Positions 27,208 to 37,230 of a DNA stretch of 64,000 nt are shown here, piece by piece; position 1 is the stretch's first letter; every line of letters begins with the position of its first letter. The stretch is from positions 13,301 to 77,300 of IMG/VR virus record IMGVR_UViG_2775506835_000007, one strand, 5' to 3'. The DNA is from a virus. Its lineage: Duplodnaviria; Caudoviricetes. The translations under genes were made by a program, and so were the position numbers. The notes under the pieces were generated by a model. The model made no database searches, was not told where the DNA came from, and worked only from the letters and a program-made list of their open reading frames with translations.

Positions 27208-27478
27208 CCAGCATCACCCGTACCTTCCGCGTTTCTGGCGGTATCTCGTAAGTAATTTCCAGCGTGTATGCGCCCACCTGCTGCGGCTCTACAAGCACGC
27301 CGATGCGCCCGCCGTCCACTTCACACGTTCCGGTTTGCTCGATTGTGCCCTCGATGTTCCGCTTCAGATTCCAAACCGCGCGAGGAACAACTACCGGGCC
27401 GGCCGGCCGGCTGCGCACCTCCAGGTCCACATATTTGTCCTCTCCGAGTATCCAGTCCATCTTATACGTTGGCGACAC
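27197..27478 (-). CDS. Small Ig/BppU-like protein
   Basis: GTCEVDG...LVEP..VGAYTLEITYEI; operon packing. Confidence 0.65.
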   Translation of the reverse strand: MSPTYKMDWILGEDKYVDLEVRSRPAGPVVVPRAVWNLKRNIEGTIEQTGTCEVDGGRIGVLVEPQQVGAYTLEITYEIPPETRKVRVMLDVR

Positions 27479-27788
27479 ACGCGCACCCCCTTTTCAAGAC
27501 CGCGACGTACCGGTCGTCTATCAAGGCGATTCCTGTGCGATCCGGCAGTAGCACCACTTGATATGGATCGTTCGCCAGATGGATGCAGACCAGACGGCTG
27601 TCCACCATATAGAGCATCCCCGTCCAGTAGGTTTGTTCACCAATAGCGTTTTCGGCCCATATCTCACATGCATATTGACCATCTTCAAGGTCTGCGGGGA
27701 CTGACGCCTGCCATTCCCCGCTTTTTCCCAAATCAAACGTGAGGTCGAACGCATCTGCCCGCCCCCACATCCTCACCGCTGCGCTCAT
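27462..27788 (-). CDS. Ig-like (Big_3_4/PF13754-type) protein
   Basis: WQASVPADLEDGQYACEIWAEN..G. Confidence 0.7.
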   Translation of the reverse strand: MSAAVRMWGRADAFDLTFDLGKSGEWQASVPADLEDGQYACEIWAENAIGEQTYWTGMLYMVDSRLVCIHLANDPYQVVLLPDRTGIALIDDRYVAVLKRGCACVANV

Positions 27789-28702
27789 TTCACCGTCACG
27801 CTTATTATAAATGTTTTGCCCGCGTCGACCGGGTTCGGCGTGATTGTCACTGCGGAAATCACTGGTGCCGTGGTGTTGAGCGTTACCGTGCGTGTGATGG
27901 TCGTTGTTTTTTCTGCCCGGTCGGTCGCCGTCACCACGATGGTGTTAACGCCTTCGCGCAGCGTTACTGCTTTGGTCCATGCGCCGGAGCTGTTGACCGT
28001 TACCGCGCCCTGGTCCGTGCCGTTGAGTGTAACGCGGATCGTCACCGGCCCGCTGGTCGCATCGTTGGTCGTACCAGATACCGTCAGGGCCGTGCGGTTG
28101 GTTGCATAGTTGTCCTGCGGGCTGGTCACATCCAGTGTGGGGGGCGTAGTATCGATGGTGATGCTACGCGTGGCCGCTGTTGCCGCGTTCCCATCGTGAT
28201 CGGACACATTGATCGTGATGGTATGCGCACCGTCTGCAAGGGTCGTCTGTGGCGTGTAGATAATGTCGTATCCACCCGTTACCTGCGTGACGGTCATGCC
28301 GGTTGCTGTGCTTCCTGCCGTGGCACCGCTGTCGATCTTGAGCGCCAGCGTGCTGATGTCGATTCCGCTGTCGTCATCTCGGAGCTGCGCGGTGATCGTC
28401 GGCGTGCTGTCGGTGAGCAGCGCACCTGCGCCGGGAGACGTGATGCTGATTGTGGGCTTGACTTTCTCGCGGACAACCAGACGCAGGGCTTCACCGACTG
28501 CGCCGCTTGTGGAAGCGCTGGCCGTGCCGGTATTGCCCGCGTTATCTGTAGCTGTGACTGCGACACCGTAATAGTGCCCACTTTGGTTGTAAGACGATTT
28601 TCCCGGCGCGGTAAGCGTCGCCTCCCACTTTCCGCTGCTACTGTTATACGTAAGATTGTGTTCCTGGCCGTTTATGACCGCCTTCACGGTTTGGATTGCC
28701 AT
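27785..28702 (-). CDS. Multi-Ig-domain protein
   Basis: Repeated Thr-rich Ig folds: KPTISITSP, DTTPPTLDVTSP, EGVNTIVVTATD. Confidence 0.85.
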   Translation of the reverse strand: MAIQTVKAVINGQEHNLTYNSSSGKWEATLTAPGKSSYNQSGHYYGVAVTATDNAGNTGTASASTSGAVGEALRLVVREKVKPTISITSPGAGALLTDSTPTITAQLRDDDSGIDISTLALKIDSGATAGSTATGMTVTQVTGGYDIIYTPQTTLADGAHTITINVSDHDGNAATAATRSITIDTTPPTLDVTSPQDNYATNRTALTVSGTTNDATSGPVTIRVTLNGTDQGAVTVNSSGAWTKAVTLREGVNTIVVTATDRAEKTTTITRTVTLNTTAPVISAVTITPNPVDAGKTFIISVTVK

Positions 28703-28725
28703 TCTTTATGCCTCCAATGTAAATT

Positions 28726-30717
28726 TTAGTAGGAGCTTAAAAGTTCACATGTAATTTTTTCGCCCAACAATGTTCTCCCGGTTTCATTTGGATGCGTGCC
28801 GTCGTTTGGCGGGAAATAATGCGTTCGGTTAAATCGGTTGATTCCTAATGTTCGATACATGTCCACGGCGGGAATTTTGTACCCTCTCGCCAATTGGATC
28901 AATGCATCTCCAAATTCATAAAAATGTCTACCGTCGGAAAAAGTTTTTTCGTCGCTATCAATATATTCATTGTCCCAGTAGCGGAAGATTGGCGTGAGTA
29001 GCAGAATCTTGAGATTGGGATACGCGCCCCAGAGCTTTTCCAGCGCGTACCGTGCTGCGCCAAGATAGGTCGTTGTGTCCTTGGGATTGTTGGCATTATC
29101 CAACGGCACCCCGCCTTGGATGTCATTTGTGCCATAAAAAATGGTCACATGGTCGACATCCCTCCAATTGATATCCTTGAGATTAGACACCCGCTCCGCC
29201 GCATAGCTGCCGGTGTGGCCTATCGCGGCCTCCTGTAACGAGTAATCACCAGATGCTACTGCATCTGCCAGCCGGTACATGCAAAATGCATCATAGTATT
29301 GATCCGGATGCCGCGACATGCGGCACCCCTCCATTCCAACGTTGTATACTTGCATTCCTGTCAATTTGGCTATGATCGACGGATAATCCGTGGGTGGCCG
29401 GAACATGCCTGTAATGCTGTCCCCAAAACAGACCAACGTTCTGCCGTCCATTCGAGACAAAGGAGGATTCGGCAATATCACATTTCCGCCACTGTCCGGA
29501 GATATTCCGTTTATGGTAAAAACATTTGATTCGGCCCGCGAATACCAAATTGTACAAATTGGATCCGACTCAAAATGAATCGGTGTAGGTACATTTATCA
29601 AAACAACTTCGCTTTCAAACGCGCCTTTCCGATCATATACCGGCGTGTGGGCCGTGCCCGCCCCATCCCGGTTTATGTATATGTCGCGGAACCTGAATTG
29701 GTATCCGGCGACCAACTCTGCCACTACGTTACCGGGATAGTATTCCATCATCACGTCAGCGGATGAGGCTGTGAACTCATAGCCATGTAATCCCGCTGAC
29801 GATATACGCATTGGGGGCATGATCTGGTCGCCCTTGCTTCCGTTGGTTGACTCGTTAAGCATAAATTGGCCATACAACATGGTAGCTGTATTTGAGCCAG
29901 GCTTTAAGTCGGTCGTATCAACGTAAATTTTGTACCGTTTTCCGATCTCTAAATCTTTATAAATCATCCGTACAAACACATTAAACCACTGGGTTGCCGT
30001 GCTGGATAATGTATACTCGTAGTATCCTTTAGAGACATCTTCCGTAATCCCACCGGAGTAGGTGCGAGACTGTGTATCCATGTCCTTGACCGTGTCGCTA
30101 TAAGCGCGATACGTGCAGCTCGCCGCATCGGACTTGAGCTTCACCTCGCCAAACTGGGAGACGCTAAACGTACACGGAGTGGTGCCAAACTCGCGCCATG
30201 TGCCGCTTGTCTTTACGTCCTCTAAGATTTTTTCACACTGTTCCACAGCGTCTGCCGCGGCTTGCTCTGATTCCTCGGCCCGGCCTGCGGCGGCCTTTGC
30301 GTCATTTCGCGCGGTCAAAATACTGTTTTCATATTCAATAAATTCCGACGGTAGCGGGGACGGGACTACATCCGGCGCATTGATGCTTTGATCTACATAC
30401 AACACAAGTTGCGCAGATTTTTTTACGCGTCCGTCTGTATGTGTGGCTCTCAACTGGGCCGCGATTTTCCCAGCCCTCATTGTATATTCCTTTTTAATCG
30501 GTATGGATAAAATCGTATTTCCGGCTTCTTCCGATTTCTCTACGGCCCAAATATTCTTTTCTCCATTTTGAGATACGTCCAGTACAATATTCCAATTCAT
30601 GTATTCCGTTCCGGATTTTTGAATTTTTAAAGTAAACACTTTATTTTCTTCTGCATATCCAATTTCTAAGTCGGTTCTATCCGCAGTAAAACTCCAATTT
30701 TTGTTTAAAGTAATCAT
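28726..30717 (-). CDS. BppU-like N-terminus plus C-terminal SGNH/GDSL hydrolase
   Basis: CFGDSIT, GTND, DGTHPN motifs; N-terminal baseplate-upper-like region. Confidence 0.85.
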   Translation of the reverse strand: MITLNKNWSFTADRTDLEIGYAEENKVFTLKIQKSGTEYMNWNIVLDVSQNGEKNIWAVEKSEEAGNTILSIPIKKEYTMRAGKIAAQLRATHTDGRVKKSAQLVLYVDQSINAPDVVPSPLPSEFIEYENSILTARNDAKAAAGRAEESEQAAADAVEQCEKILEDVKTSGTWREFGTTPCTFSVSQFGEVKLKSDAASCTYRAYSDTVKDMDTQSRTYSGGITEDVSKGYYEYTLSSTATQWFNVFVRMIYKDLEIGKRYKIYVDTTDLKPGSNTATMLYGQFMLNESTNGSKGDQIMPPMRISSAGLHGYEFTASSADVMMEYYPGNVVAELVAGYQFRFRDIYINRDGAGTAHTPVYDRKGAFESEVVLINVPTPIHFESDPICTIWYSRAESNVFTINGISPDSGGNVILPNPPLSRMDGRTLVCFGDSITGMFRPPTDYPSIIAKLTGMQVYNVGMEGCRMSRHPDQYYDAFCMYRLADAVASGDYSLQEAAIGHTGSYAAERVSNLKDINWRDVDHVTIFYGTNDIQGGVPLDNANNPKDTTTYLGAARYALEKLWGAYPNLKILLLTPIFRYWDNEYIDSDEKTFSDGRHFYEFGDALIQLARGYKIPAVDMYRTLGINRFNRTHYFPPNDGTHPNETGRTLLGEKITCELLSSY

Positions 30718-30773
30718 TTGGCCCCCTATAATCAAATACACCCCGCCCCGTCAAAGAGGCGGGGTTATGTATT

Positions 30774-31073
30774 TTAGGCTGCGTATTTGCCGCCACCTGC
30801 CCCTTTCAGACGGCCCAAAATATCGGAAGCATAGTTCGCGCCGCGCGACGCAAAAACGCCCGTCAGGACGCACCCAACGTAAGGCACGGTAAAGGATGCA
30901 CCAATAGCTGCGTAAATGTCTGCGCCGGACAGGATGCACAGGGCGACAGCTACCGCCAGTGCGCCGATCTGGATAACGGCGGCTTTCCGCTCGCCGTCGA
31001 TGATGGTCTTGATGTATTCGACGATTCCTTCTACTGTGACTGCCAAGGTCAGAAATAATGCGATTGCTTCCAT
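30774..31073 (-). CDS. Holin
   Basis: Three hydrophobic segments; VLTGVFASRGANYASD. Confidence 0.8.
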   Translation of the reverse strand: MEAIALFLTLAVTVEGIVEYIKTIIDGERKAAVIQIGALAVAVALCILSGADIYAAIGASFTVPYVGCVLTGVFASRGANYASDILGRLKGAGGGKYAA

Positions 31074-31089
31074 GTTTTATCTCTCCTTA

Positions 31090-31377
31090 TCATTTAAAAA
31101 TCAGGGCCAGTACGGCCCCCACAATGCCCGTTGCCACCGCGCCGATTGCCGCCGCAATCAGCTTGTCCCACCATGCAGCGGGGCGTTTGGTTAGTTCGGT
31201 GACGTTCTTTTTGATTTCCCTGATGTCCTCCTGCACCCCGGTAATCTCCTGCCGGGTGGCCGCCATAGCCGCCGCAAGGTCATGTATGTCCTTAACCTCA
31301 ACTTCCAGCCGATCAAGCCGGTGATGTGCAGACTTGGCGCTTTCAAGAGCCTGCACCGCCATGCTTTCTGGTTCCAT
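31090..31377 (-). CDS. XhlA-like membrane lysis protein
   Basis: SAHHRLDRLE coiled coil plus C-terminal TM. Confidence 0.75.
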   Translation of the reverse strand: MEPESMAVQALESAKSAHHRLDRLEVEVKDIHDLAAAMAATRQEITGVQEDIREIKKNVTELTKRPAAWWDKLIAAAIGAVATGIVGAVLALIFK

Positions 31378-31392
31378 TGGTGTTGTCCTCCT

Positions 31393-32106
31393 TTATGTAA
31401 TAGTCACAGCAAACAGCCGCTCGCCGTTCGCGTACACGCCGCAGCCCGCGCCGGGCGGGCCGATCGCCTTGATCTGGAAATACCAGTCCCATCCCTGCTG
31501 CTTCCCAAACCTCGTTTTCAGCACCGCACCGTTTCCGGCGGTGAAAGCCGGCTTTTTGTAGCTGGTCAGCTTTACCGTATAGACCTGCCCCTCTGGTAGG
31601 TGCATGTCCATCGTCGTGTCGGACTTGATTGCATACAGTGCCTGCTTCACCATGTCCAGGAACCGCGGCCAGCCAAGTGCCAGCGTGCGGTGCGGGCAGT
31701 TTTTGCCAGAATAGTCCTGATGCTTTGTCACCTGCTCCAATCCCCAACCGTACCGCGCCAGAATCGACGCGGTCAGCTCGGCGGCATTTTTTTCAGCCTG
31801 TTCAAACCGCGGCCCTCCACTTCTGGAATAGCAGATCTCAATCGCGACGCCCTGCCGGTTTCCTCGTCCATTCCCGTCGCCCGCGTGCCAGGCGTTCCGG
31901 GTCTCCAGAATCGCCTGGATGGCCTCAATATCGTCGACGGCATAATGAAAAGAGACTTGAGCATCGTTGTTGGTCATATATGCGACTTCATTTTCCGCGC
32001 TTGCATCGTTGGCGGTATTGTGGATAACTACACGGGTTGGTGACATGGAGTAGGGGCATTTGATGCTGTATTTGCTGTCTGGAACCAGATTTTGTGTAAG
32101 GGTCAT
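31393..32106 (-). CDS. Endolysin, N-acetylmuramoyl-L-alanine amidase (XlyA-like)
   Basis: IHNTANDASA, SFHYAVDD, AWHAGDG, IEIC, HQDYSGKNCP. Confidence 0.93.
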   Translation of the reverse strand: MTLTQNLVPDSKYSIKCPYSMSPTRVVIHNTANDASAENEVAYMTNNDAQVSFHYAVDDIEAIQAILETRNAWHAGDGNGRGNRQGVAIEICYSRSGGPRFEQAEKNAAELTASILARYGWGLEQVTKHQDYSGKNCPHRTLALGWPRFLDMVKQALYAIKSDTTMDMHLPEGQVYTVKLTSYKKPAFTAGNGAVLKTRFGKQQGWDWYFQIKAIGPPGAGCGVYANGERLFAVTIT

Positions 32107-32555
32107 TCGGCTACCTCCGCAAAATACTGACCAATCAGCTCATGCGGTAGGTATTGCAGATTGATCTTTCCTCCTTTTGACTCCCCGGTTCGTTGGCAAA
32201 TGTACAGATTGCCGTCCTCTGGGTCAGAGTAATACAGTCCGTATGTGTATTCCATGCCCCGCGCTGCTGGAATCGGGTCGTCTTGTGTGCCCCTGTGAGA
32301 TACGTCAATAATTTCCCATGAGTCCGCCATAACATCTGGCGTCCAATTGGCTTGCGTGGTATGGCCTTTGCCGTCGCGGACTTTGTAGAGTTTGTCTGTC
32401 GGCGGAAAATACCGACGATCTCCCGAACAGACTCGTTCGTTTGCCTTCCACGGCTTAAACATCGTTCTTCTTTCGGCTGCTTCGCTGTCAGTTAGCTTGT
32501 TTGCGGCATATTCTACATTCCGCCTAAAACTGATGGCGTGAGATAATATATCCAT
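32103..32555 (-). CDS. Tail-fibre-associated protein with CBM5/12-like motif
   Basis: KLYKV...HTTQANWTPD...W; GTQDDPIP. Confidence 0.65.
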   Translation of the reverse strand: MDILSHAISFRRNVEYAANKLTDSEAAERRTMFKPWKANERVCSGDRRYFPPTDKLYKVRDGKGHTTQANWTPDVMADSWEIIDVSHRGTQDDPIPAARGMEYTYGLYYSDPEDGNLYICQRTGESKGGKINLQYLPHELIGQYFAEVAE

Positions 32556-32574
32556 TTTTTCTTTACCTCGTTTT

Positions 32575-33933
32575 TTAGAAAGCAACATTTGATCCGTTGA
32601 TGCCTCTATATATTTTGTGGTCGGCTGTACAAAAGACAATGCAACCCTCTCCGATAAAATCAGTCGGGATTGTCTCTGATACAGTAACATTGTGTTCCCC
32701 GTATAATTTGTATGTATCGCTTTTTATCCCTTCCGATACATATACAGTGATTAAATCTGGTTTCTCCCACGTTTTATCTGTTTCCGCGCTAAGATTCCCG
32801 ATCGTGAGATTTATAGTTCCACTGGTCACTGCCGCACCCTGATCATCTCTTTTTGTTATTATATTTTCAATTGCAAATCTGCCACGCGAATTTCTGGCTA
32901 TTTGACAGTACCCTTCTTTGCTTCCTCTTTCTTTAAAATATATATTTTGAGAGCTTTCCCCATTTATTGTAATTTTGGTGTCAAAAGTTCCGGAAATCTC
33001 GTTTATCGATGTCCAGTAATACGGTCCTTCGGTATCTCGGCATAATACGCAGGCGTCCTTCGTTGGGGCTTCTATTTTTTCCGTGGCCTCTACGTCGCCT
33101 GCGGTTAGCACGATATTTGACGTCAATGGTTTTCCGTTTATTGTCCGGCTTGTTGGTACGGCGCCAATCGTCCCGCACATGCTCTCTTTTCCGCTCCAAT
33201 ATGGAGCGCCGCTCGTTCCCTGCGTTAAATACCCTGTTCCAGATGTAGGTGGGGACAGTTGCGACAGTGTGCTACTCGACGTGGGATAGATCAGCCGGTT
33301 GGCGGTCCACCCGCTTTTTCCCGTCCCTCCGCTTGATATTGGTATGATCCCGGATATATCTTGGCTATCCGTCTTTGTTACTCCAACCGCAACCCAACAC
33401 GTCCCATCATATTGTAAGATTTGAGGCTTTCCAGCCAAAATCCAGTTGCTGTTTTTGCTTGTCCCTGTGGTTTGACTATTATTTATTCTGATTTTAATGC
33501 TTTTTGATCCAAGTCCATTCAGGTTTAACGATGGGATGCTGACGGTACTGACGGTGTGCGGGATGATTGTAATCGTTAGCCCCTTTGATAGCTCTGCGAT
33601 TCCGTCAATTGTTGCGGTATATAGACTTCCTGTTCCTGCTGTCGTGACCACCGGGGGCAAAATTGGTATTTGTCCAATTTTAATTTTTCCGTCAATCAAG
33701 TCTGGTGCCCCAACTTCTTTTGCCGACGGCATCCAGTTAACTGGTCGGCACGCCGCAACTGCCGCAGCTTTGGCCTGATCCGCTTTATCCTGGGCGGCGG
33801 CTGGCGTTTCTTTTCCTGTCTCCAATCCTCGCAGCGCAGAGTCAATCGCATCCATATTCTCGTTTTGTTTGGTTATATCATAAGTGTCGTTTTCGGCAGG
33901 CTTGTGCAATTTGTAATAGGTTGTATCGATCAT
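32575..33933 (-). CDS. Tail fibre protein
   Basis: TTYYKLHKP...NENMDAID N-terminus; LNLNGLGSK, GGTG, VPTSRTINGKPL repeats. Confidence 0.85.
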   Translation of the reverse strand: MIDTTYYKLHKPAENDTYDITKQNENMDAIDSALRGLETGKETPAAAQDKADQAKAAAVAACRPVNWMPSAKEVGAPDLIDGKIKIGQIPILPPVVTTAGTGSLYTATIDGIAELSKGLTITIIPHTVSTVSIPSLNLNGLGSKSIKIRINNSQTTGTSKNSNWILAGKPQILQYDGTCWVAVGVTKTDSQDISGIIPISSGGTGKSGWTANRLIYPTSSSTLSQLSPPTSGTGYLTQGTSGAPYWSGKESMCGTIGAVPTSRTINGKPLTSNIVLTAGDVEATEKIEAPTKDACVLCRDTEGPYYWTSINEISGTFDTKITINGESSQNIYFKERGSKEGYCQIARNSRGRFAIENIITKRDDQGAAVTSGTINLTIGNLSAETDKTWEKPDLITVYVSEGIKSDTYKLYGEHNVTVSETIPTDFIGEGCIVFCTADHKIYRGINGSNVAF

Positions 33934-34469
33934 TCCCGCATTTCTCCATTCCGTATTTGATCGTGGGTATACGCATGTAGCTGTCCGTGTGTATAGGCCG
34001 ACACACCAGCATGAGTCAAAAAGTTATATATATAACTAAAAGCAAGGTGCGCGGGCTTGATGTCTTCAATAGTCGCGGTCAGGTCTTCTAAATTTGGGGG
34101 TATTCCAAGGCTGCTGAATTTCACTTCAAACGAGTAATTTTCCGGATGTTCGATGATTTCTACATCTCCGTTTACAAAGCTTTCCGCGGCATTTTTTATC
34201 ATCGCAATCGTCGCGGTCCCTTTGCTGCGGATTTTACTGATAACGCGCGAGCGGCGGAAATCGTACGGTTTACTTATGTCAGTCTCGATTCCATAAAGTT
34301 TTTCCCAAAAATCCAGCCCCCAAGTGGCTGTACTCACAAAAAGCTGATCCAAGAGAGATTCATGAGCTTCCCATAGGGCGACTGCTTCCGGATTCATCGC
34401 GTCCAGCGTCGCACAGGTTTCTGGGCTTTTCAGATAATCTGGTGGCACTTGGTTCTTTAGGGCTTTCAT
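33930..34469 (-). CDS. Baseplate wedge protein, XkdU-like
   Basis: FVSTATWGLDFWE, IEDIKPAHL. Confidence 0.88.
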   Translation of the reverse strand: MKALKNQVPPDYLKSPETCATLDAMNPEAVALWEAHESLLDQLFVSTATWGLDFWEKLYGIETDISKPYDFRRSRVISKIRSKGTATIAMIKNAAESFVNGDVEIIEHPENYSFEVKFSSLGIPPNLEDLTATIEDIKPAHLAFSYIYNFLTHAGVSAYTHGQLHAYTHDQIRNGEMRE

Positions 34470-35527
34470 ACAACTGTCACCCCCACGTTTCCTAAGACCG
34501 GCACTTGATCGGTATCCAGCGATATATTTGCCTTACCAGAATTAACTGTCAGCGTGACATAATCTGTTACACCTTGCATTCCCAGCAGGATATACGATAC
34601 TCGGTTATAGACAATTTCGTTTTTCACAAACGCCAGCTCATCGAGGTATTTTCCAACCGCCGCGGTAAATTCTGCTTTTATGGCGGCAGCGCCGACGCTT
34701 CCGTCTGTTTTTACCTGCGCCAATACGTTTATTGTCAGCGCCCTTGCGGACACAACCGTGACCGCTGCGCCAACCGGCCGGCGGTCTTCGATGTGCGCTT
34801 TGCAGTCAGCGGTAATTTCCGTTCCGACCGGCCTCATATTTTGGTCCACAATGATGATCCCGACAGTCCCCGGTCCGTTGTTCAGCGGCAGCACCTTCGC
34901 GCGGCCAACTCCGTTTACTTCTTCTGCCCAGCGCTTGTAATCGTATAGATTTCCGCCTGCGCTTGGATTTTGCAGGACGTCGCACAACCTTCCGTATAGC
35001 GCCTTGTCCGTTTCCCGGTCGGTTCCGCCCTCCGCCTTTCCACTGCTTACGCCGGTGATGCCGCTTATGCTGGAGGCCAACCGGTCGATGTTCCCGGCAT
35101 CCGCGTTGTATTCTGATCCGATCTCCGCCGCTTCCGCTTCTACCTGGGCGGTTCCGTTTGCAATGGTTGCCGCCGCTATCGTAAGATATTCCAACCCTGG
35201 CATCGACAGCAGCACGGTCCCTTTAGCTACGGTCGTCCCGTTGCTTCCGGTAAGCGTGACGGTTGCTTTCGCTTTTGTTCCCGGCTTTCGTTCAATTCCG
35301 TATTCCGCACATCGCCTTTCAAGGTACTCTCCAGAGACTTCATCCACGAATGCGATAGGGATCACCGCGTTGATCGATTCGTACACCTTGCTGATTTCCA
35401 ACGACACGGGGGAGATAATATCGTTTGTGTAACTGCCCTCCCGCTTGTCAAGCTCATTTGACATACTGGATAAAATATCCGCTTTTATGGCTTCGTACGT
35501 TTTTTCCTCATACACGGATCGTGTCAC
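34466..35527 (-). CDS. Baseplate J-like protein (XkdT)
   Basis: DKREGS, GGTDRETD, GGNLYDYKRWA, PLNNGPGTV. Confidence 0.92.
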   Translation of the reverse strand: MTRSVYEEKTYEAIKADILSSMSNELDKREGSYTNDIISPVSLEISKVYESINAVIPIAFVDEVSGEYLERRCAEYGIERKPGTKAKATVTLTGSNGTTVAKGTVLLSMPGLEYLTIAAATIANGTAQVEAEAAEIGSEYNADAGNIDRLASSISGITGVSSGKAEGGTDRETDKALYGRLCDVLQNPSAGGNLYDYKRWAEEVNGVGRAKVLPLNNGPGTVGIIIVDQNMRPVGTEITADCKAHIEDRRPVGAAVTVVSARALTINVLAQVKTDGSVGAAAIKAEFTAAVGKYLDELAFVKNEIVYNRVSYILLGMQGVTDYVTLTVNSGKANISLDTDQVPVLGNVGVTVV

Positions 35528-35930
35528 CCCCGTAAATGGTTTGTATTGTGCAGCTTCCGTTCAGCTTGTCGTCTTGCAGCGTCATTGCTATATCGGTCAC
35601 GCCGGTAATATACGGGTTTACCGACAGGCATTCCCTTACAAAACGTGGGATTTCCGACCGCTTTAAGTCTTCTGTGTATGCCTGTCCAATGAGGGATTCC
35701 ATTTCATTTCCAAAATCCCACGAGTACATCTCATACATGTACCGCGGCGTCGATAGAGCTTTGTATGCCCACACCTTCACCGCCTCAACTCCGGTTACAA
35801 TTACCGGTGATCCTCCCTTAAATATCGGTGTATTTTCGCTATAGTCCCAGGCTGTTTCCCGGTATAGCGGCAGGTCTTGCGTCACTGTCACAGCTTGCGG
35901 CTGCAACGACGGAAAAAGCGTCATATTCAC
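35508..35930 (-). CDS. Baseplate protein, XkdS-like
   Basis: EAVKVWAYKAL.T.RY...YSWDFG.E...TIYG. Confidence 0.88.
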   Translation of the reverse strand: MNMTLFPSLQPQAVTVTQDLPLYRETAWDYSENTPIFKGGSPVIVTGVEAVKVWAYKALSTPRYMYEMYSWDFGNEMESLIGQAYTEDLKRSEIPRFVRECLSVNPYITGVTDIAMTLQDDKLNGSCTIQTIYGGDTIRV

Positions 35931-36169
35931 ACCACCTTACAGACCACCACAAATTGTTGGTTGCAGTTCACTGAGATCATCAGCACTTGATCCCCGTTTT
36001 CTAGGTCCCGAATGTCTGGGTTCCTCAGCAGGTCCGTTCCTTGCTGAATTGTTCCGGCAAGATCGATGCAGAAAGGGGAGAGGGACAACACTTTTCCCAG
36101 ATACACGATACTTGCCTCGTCTTTTGGTTTTATCGCTGCCGCCAATTCCACAAAAGCATTTCCTTCCAT
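35927..36169 (-). CDS. Baseplate spike, XkdR-like
   Basis: GKVLSLSP...LENGDQV...QQFVVVCKV. Confidence 0.78.
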   Translation of the reverse strand: MEGNAFVELAAAIKPKDEASIVYLGKVLSLSPFCIDLAGTIQQGTDLLRNPDIRDLENGDQVLMISVNCNQQFVVVCKVV

Positions 36170-36170
36170 G

Positions 36171-37226
36171 TCATTCCTTCTTTCCGAGATTCAGATGGAC
36201 AATTTGTCTATTCTTCTTTTTGCCCGCGGTTTTGCTTCCCGTTTTATTCGGCAGGCTTCCGGCCTCTCGCTCATCCATGATGTTTTTAAAGTTTAGCACG
36301 AGCTTATTCAGGTACAGCCCTTTTTTCCATTCGTGCGTGTCTTCATCGATATAAAATAGCCCATATACACCGGTGTGCGGCTCGTGGACCACAACAGTTC
36401 CGCCGGTTACGTTTGCGATATTACCCAAGTTGTTGACCGTGATTTTTTGTTGCAGCCCATTGTCATCGAGCAGTTTTTGCGCCTCTGCCGTGGCGTCCTC
36501 CCCATCCTTTTGTTTCACCTGACTCTGCATCAGGCCATACAGACGGATTGTATCGTCGTTTTTAATGGTCCGGATCAGCTTGTCATTTTTGTCATATATG
36601 GCAACCTGGTTTACCATGCTGTCGATGCTGTTCGTTGTGCTTATATCGATCAGGTTTGATCCGCCCTCCAGCACCAGGGTTTTGTCGTTCACCTTTTTTT
36701 CCAGCACGCAGAGCTTTTCTGCGTCAAAAACCAGGTGATATTTTTTCTTTGTCTTGGCCGCCGCGAGCGTATAGGCCGTCTGAATGATGTCATAGAGAGA
36801 CACGCCAATGAAATTGCGCGTGATCGGTACTCCTGTTGTAGCGATGTCCCCGGCAGTGATCCCGTGCTCGCTGCATATACTTCTCACAATAGATTCCGGC
36901 GCTTGGCCGGTATATTTTTTTACCACTTTGTTGCTTTTTAGATATATTCCCCGGTCATACGCCGTCACCTTGATCGTATTTCCCTCGCTGGATTTCTGGA
37001 GGCTAAACACGATTCCCGTAAACAACGTGGTGCTGTCTTGCAGGAGTGTGACGTAATTCCCGTTTTCGATTGATACGGACGGCACTGATTTGTCTATGGG
37101 GGATGATAGCAGTTCAAATGACAGCGTCCGCGTACACTGCTTATAATTTCCCGACCAGGTTACGGTCGGGACGAGCGTCGTTATGTCATAGACGCCGCTG
37201 CTGTTTTGCAGCGTGATCGTAATCAT
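36171..37226 (-). CDS. Baseplate hub protein, XkdQ-like
   Basis: VTWSG...RTLSF, AYDRGIYL, YGLMQ, FYIDEDTHEW. Confidence 0.88.
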   Translation of the reverse strand: MITITLQNSSGVYDITTLVPTVTWSGNYKQCTRTLSFELLSSPIDKSVPSVSIENGNYVTLLQDSTTLFTGIVFSLQKSSEGNTIKVTAYDRGIYLKSNKVVKKYTGQAPESIVRSICSEHGITAGDIATTGVPITRNFIGVSLYDIIQTAYTLAAAKTKKKYHLVFDAEKLCVLEKKVNDKTLVLEGGSNLIDISTTNSIDSMVNQVAIYDKNDKLIRTIKNDDTIRLYGLMQSQVKQKDGEDATAEAQKLLDDNGLQQKITVNNLGNIANVTGGTVVVHEPHTGVYGLFYIDEDTHEWKKGLYLNKLVLNFKNIMDEREAGSLPNKTGSKTAGKKKNRQIVHLNLGKKE

Positions 37227-37230
37227 GGCA

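Noticed and set aside
24951-33933. Tail-fibre shufflon driven by the second recombinase
   Set aside because: No inverted crossover repeats or reversed alternative fibre cassettes found by eye.
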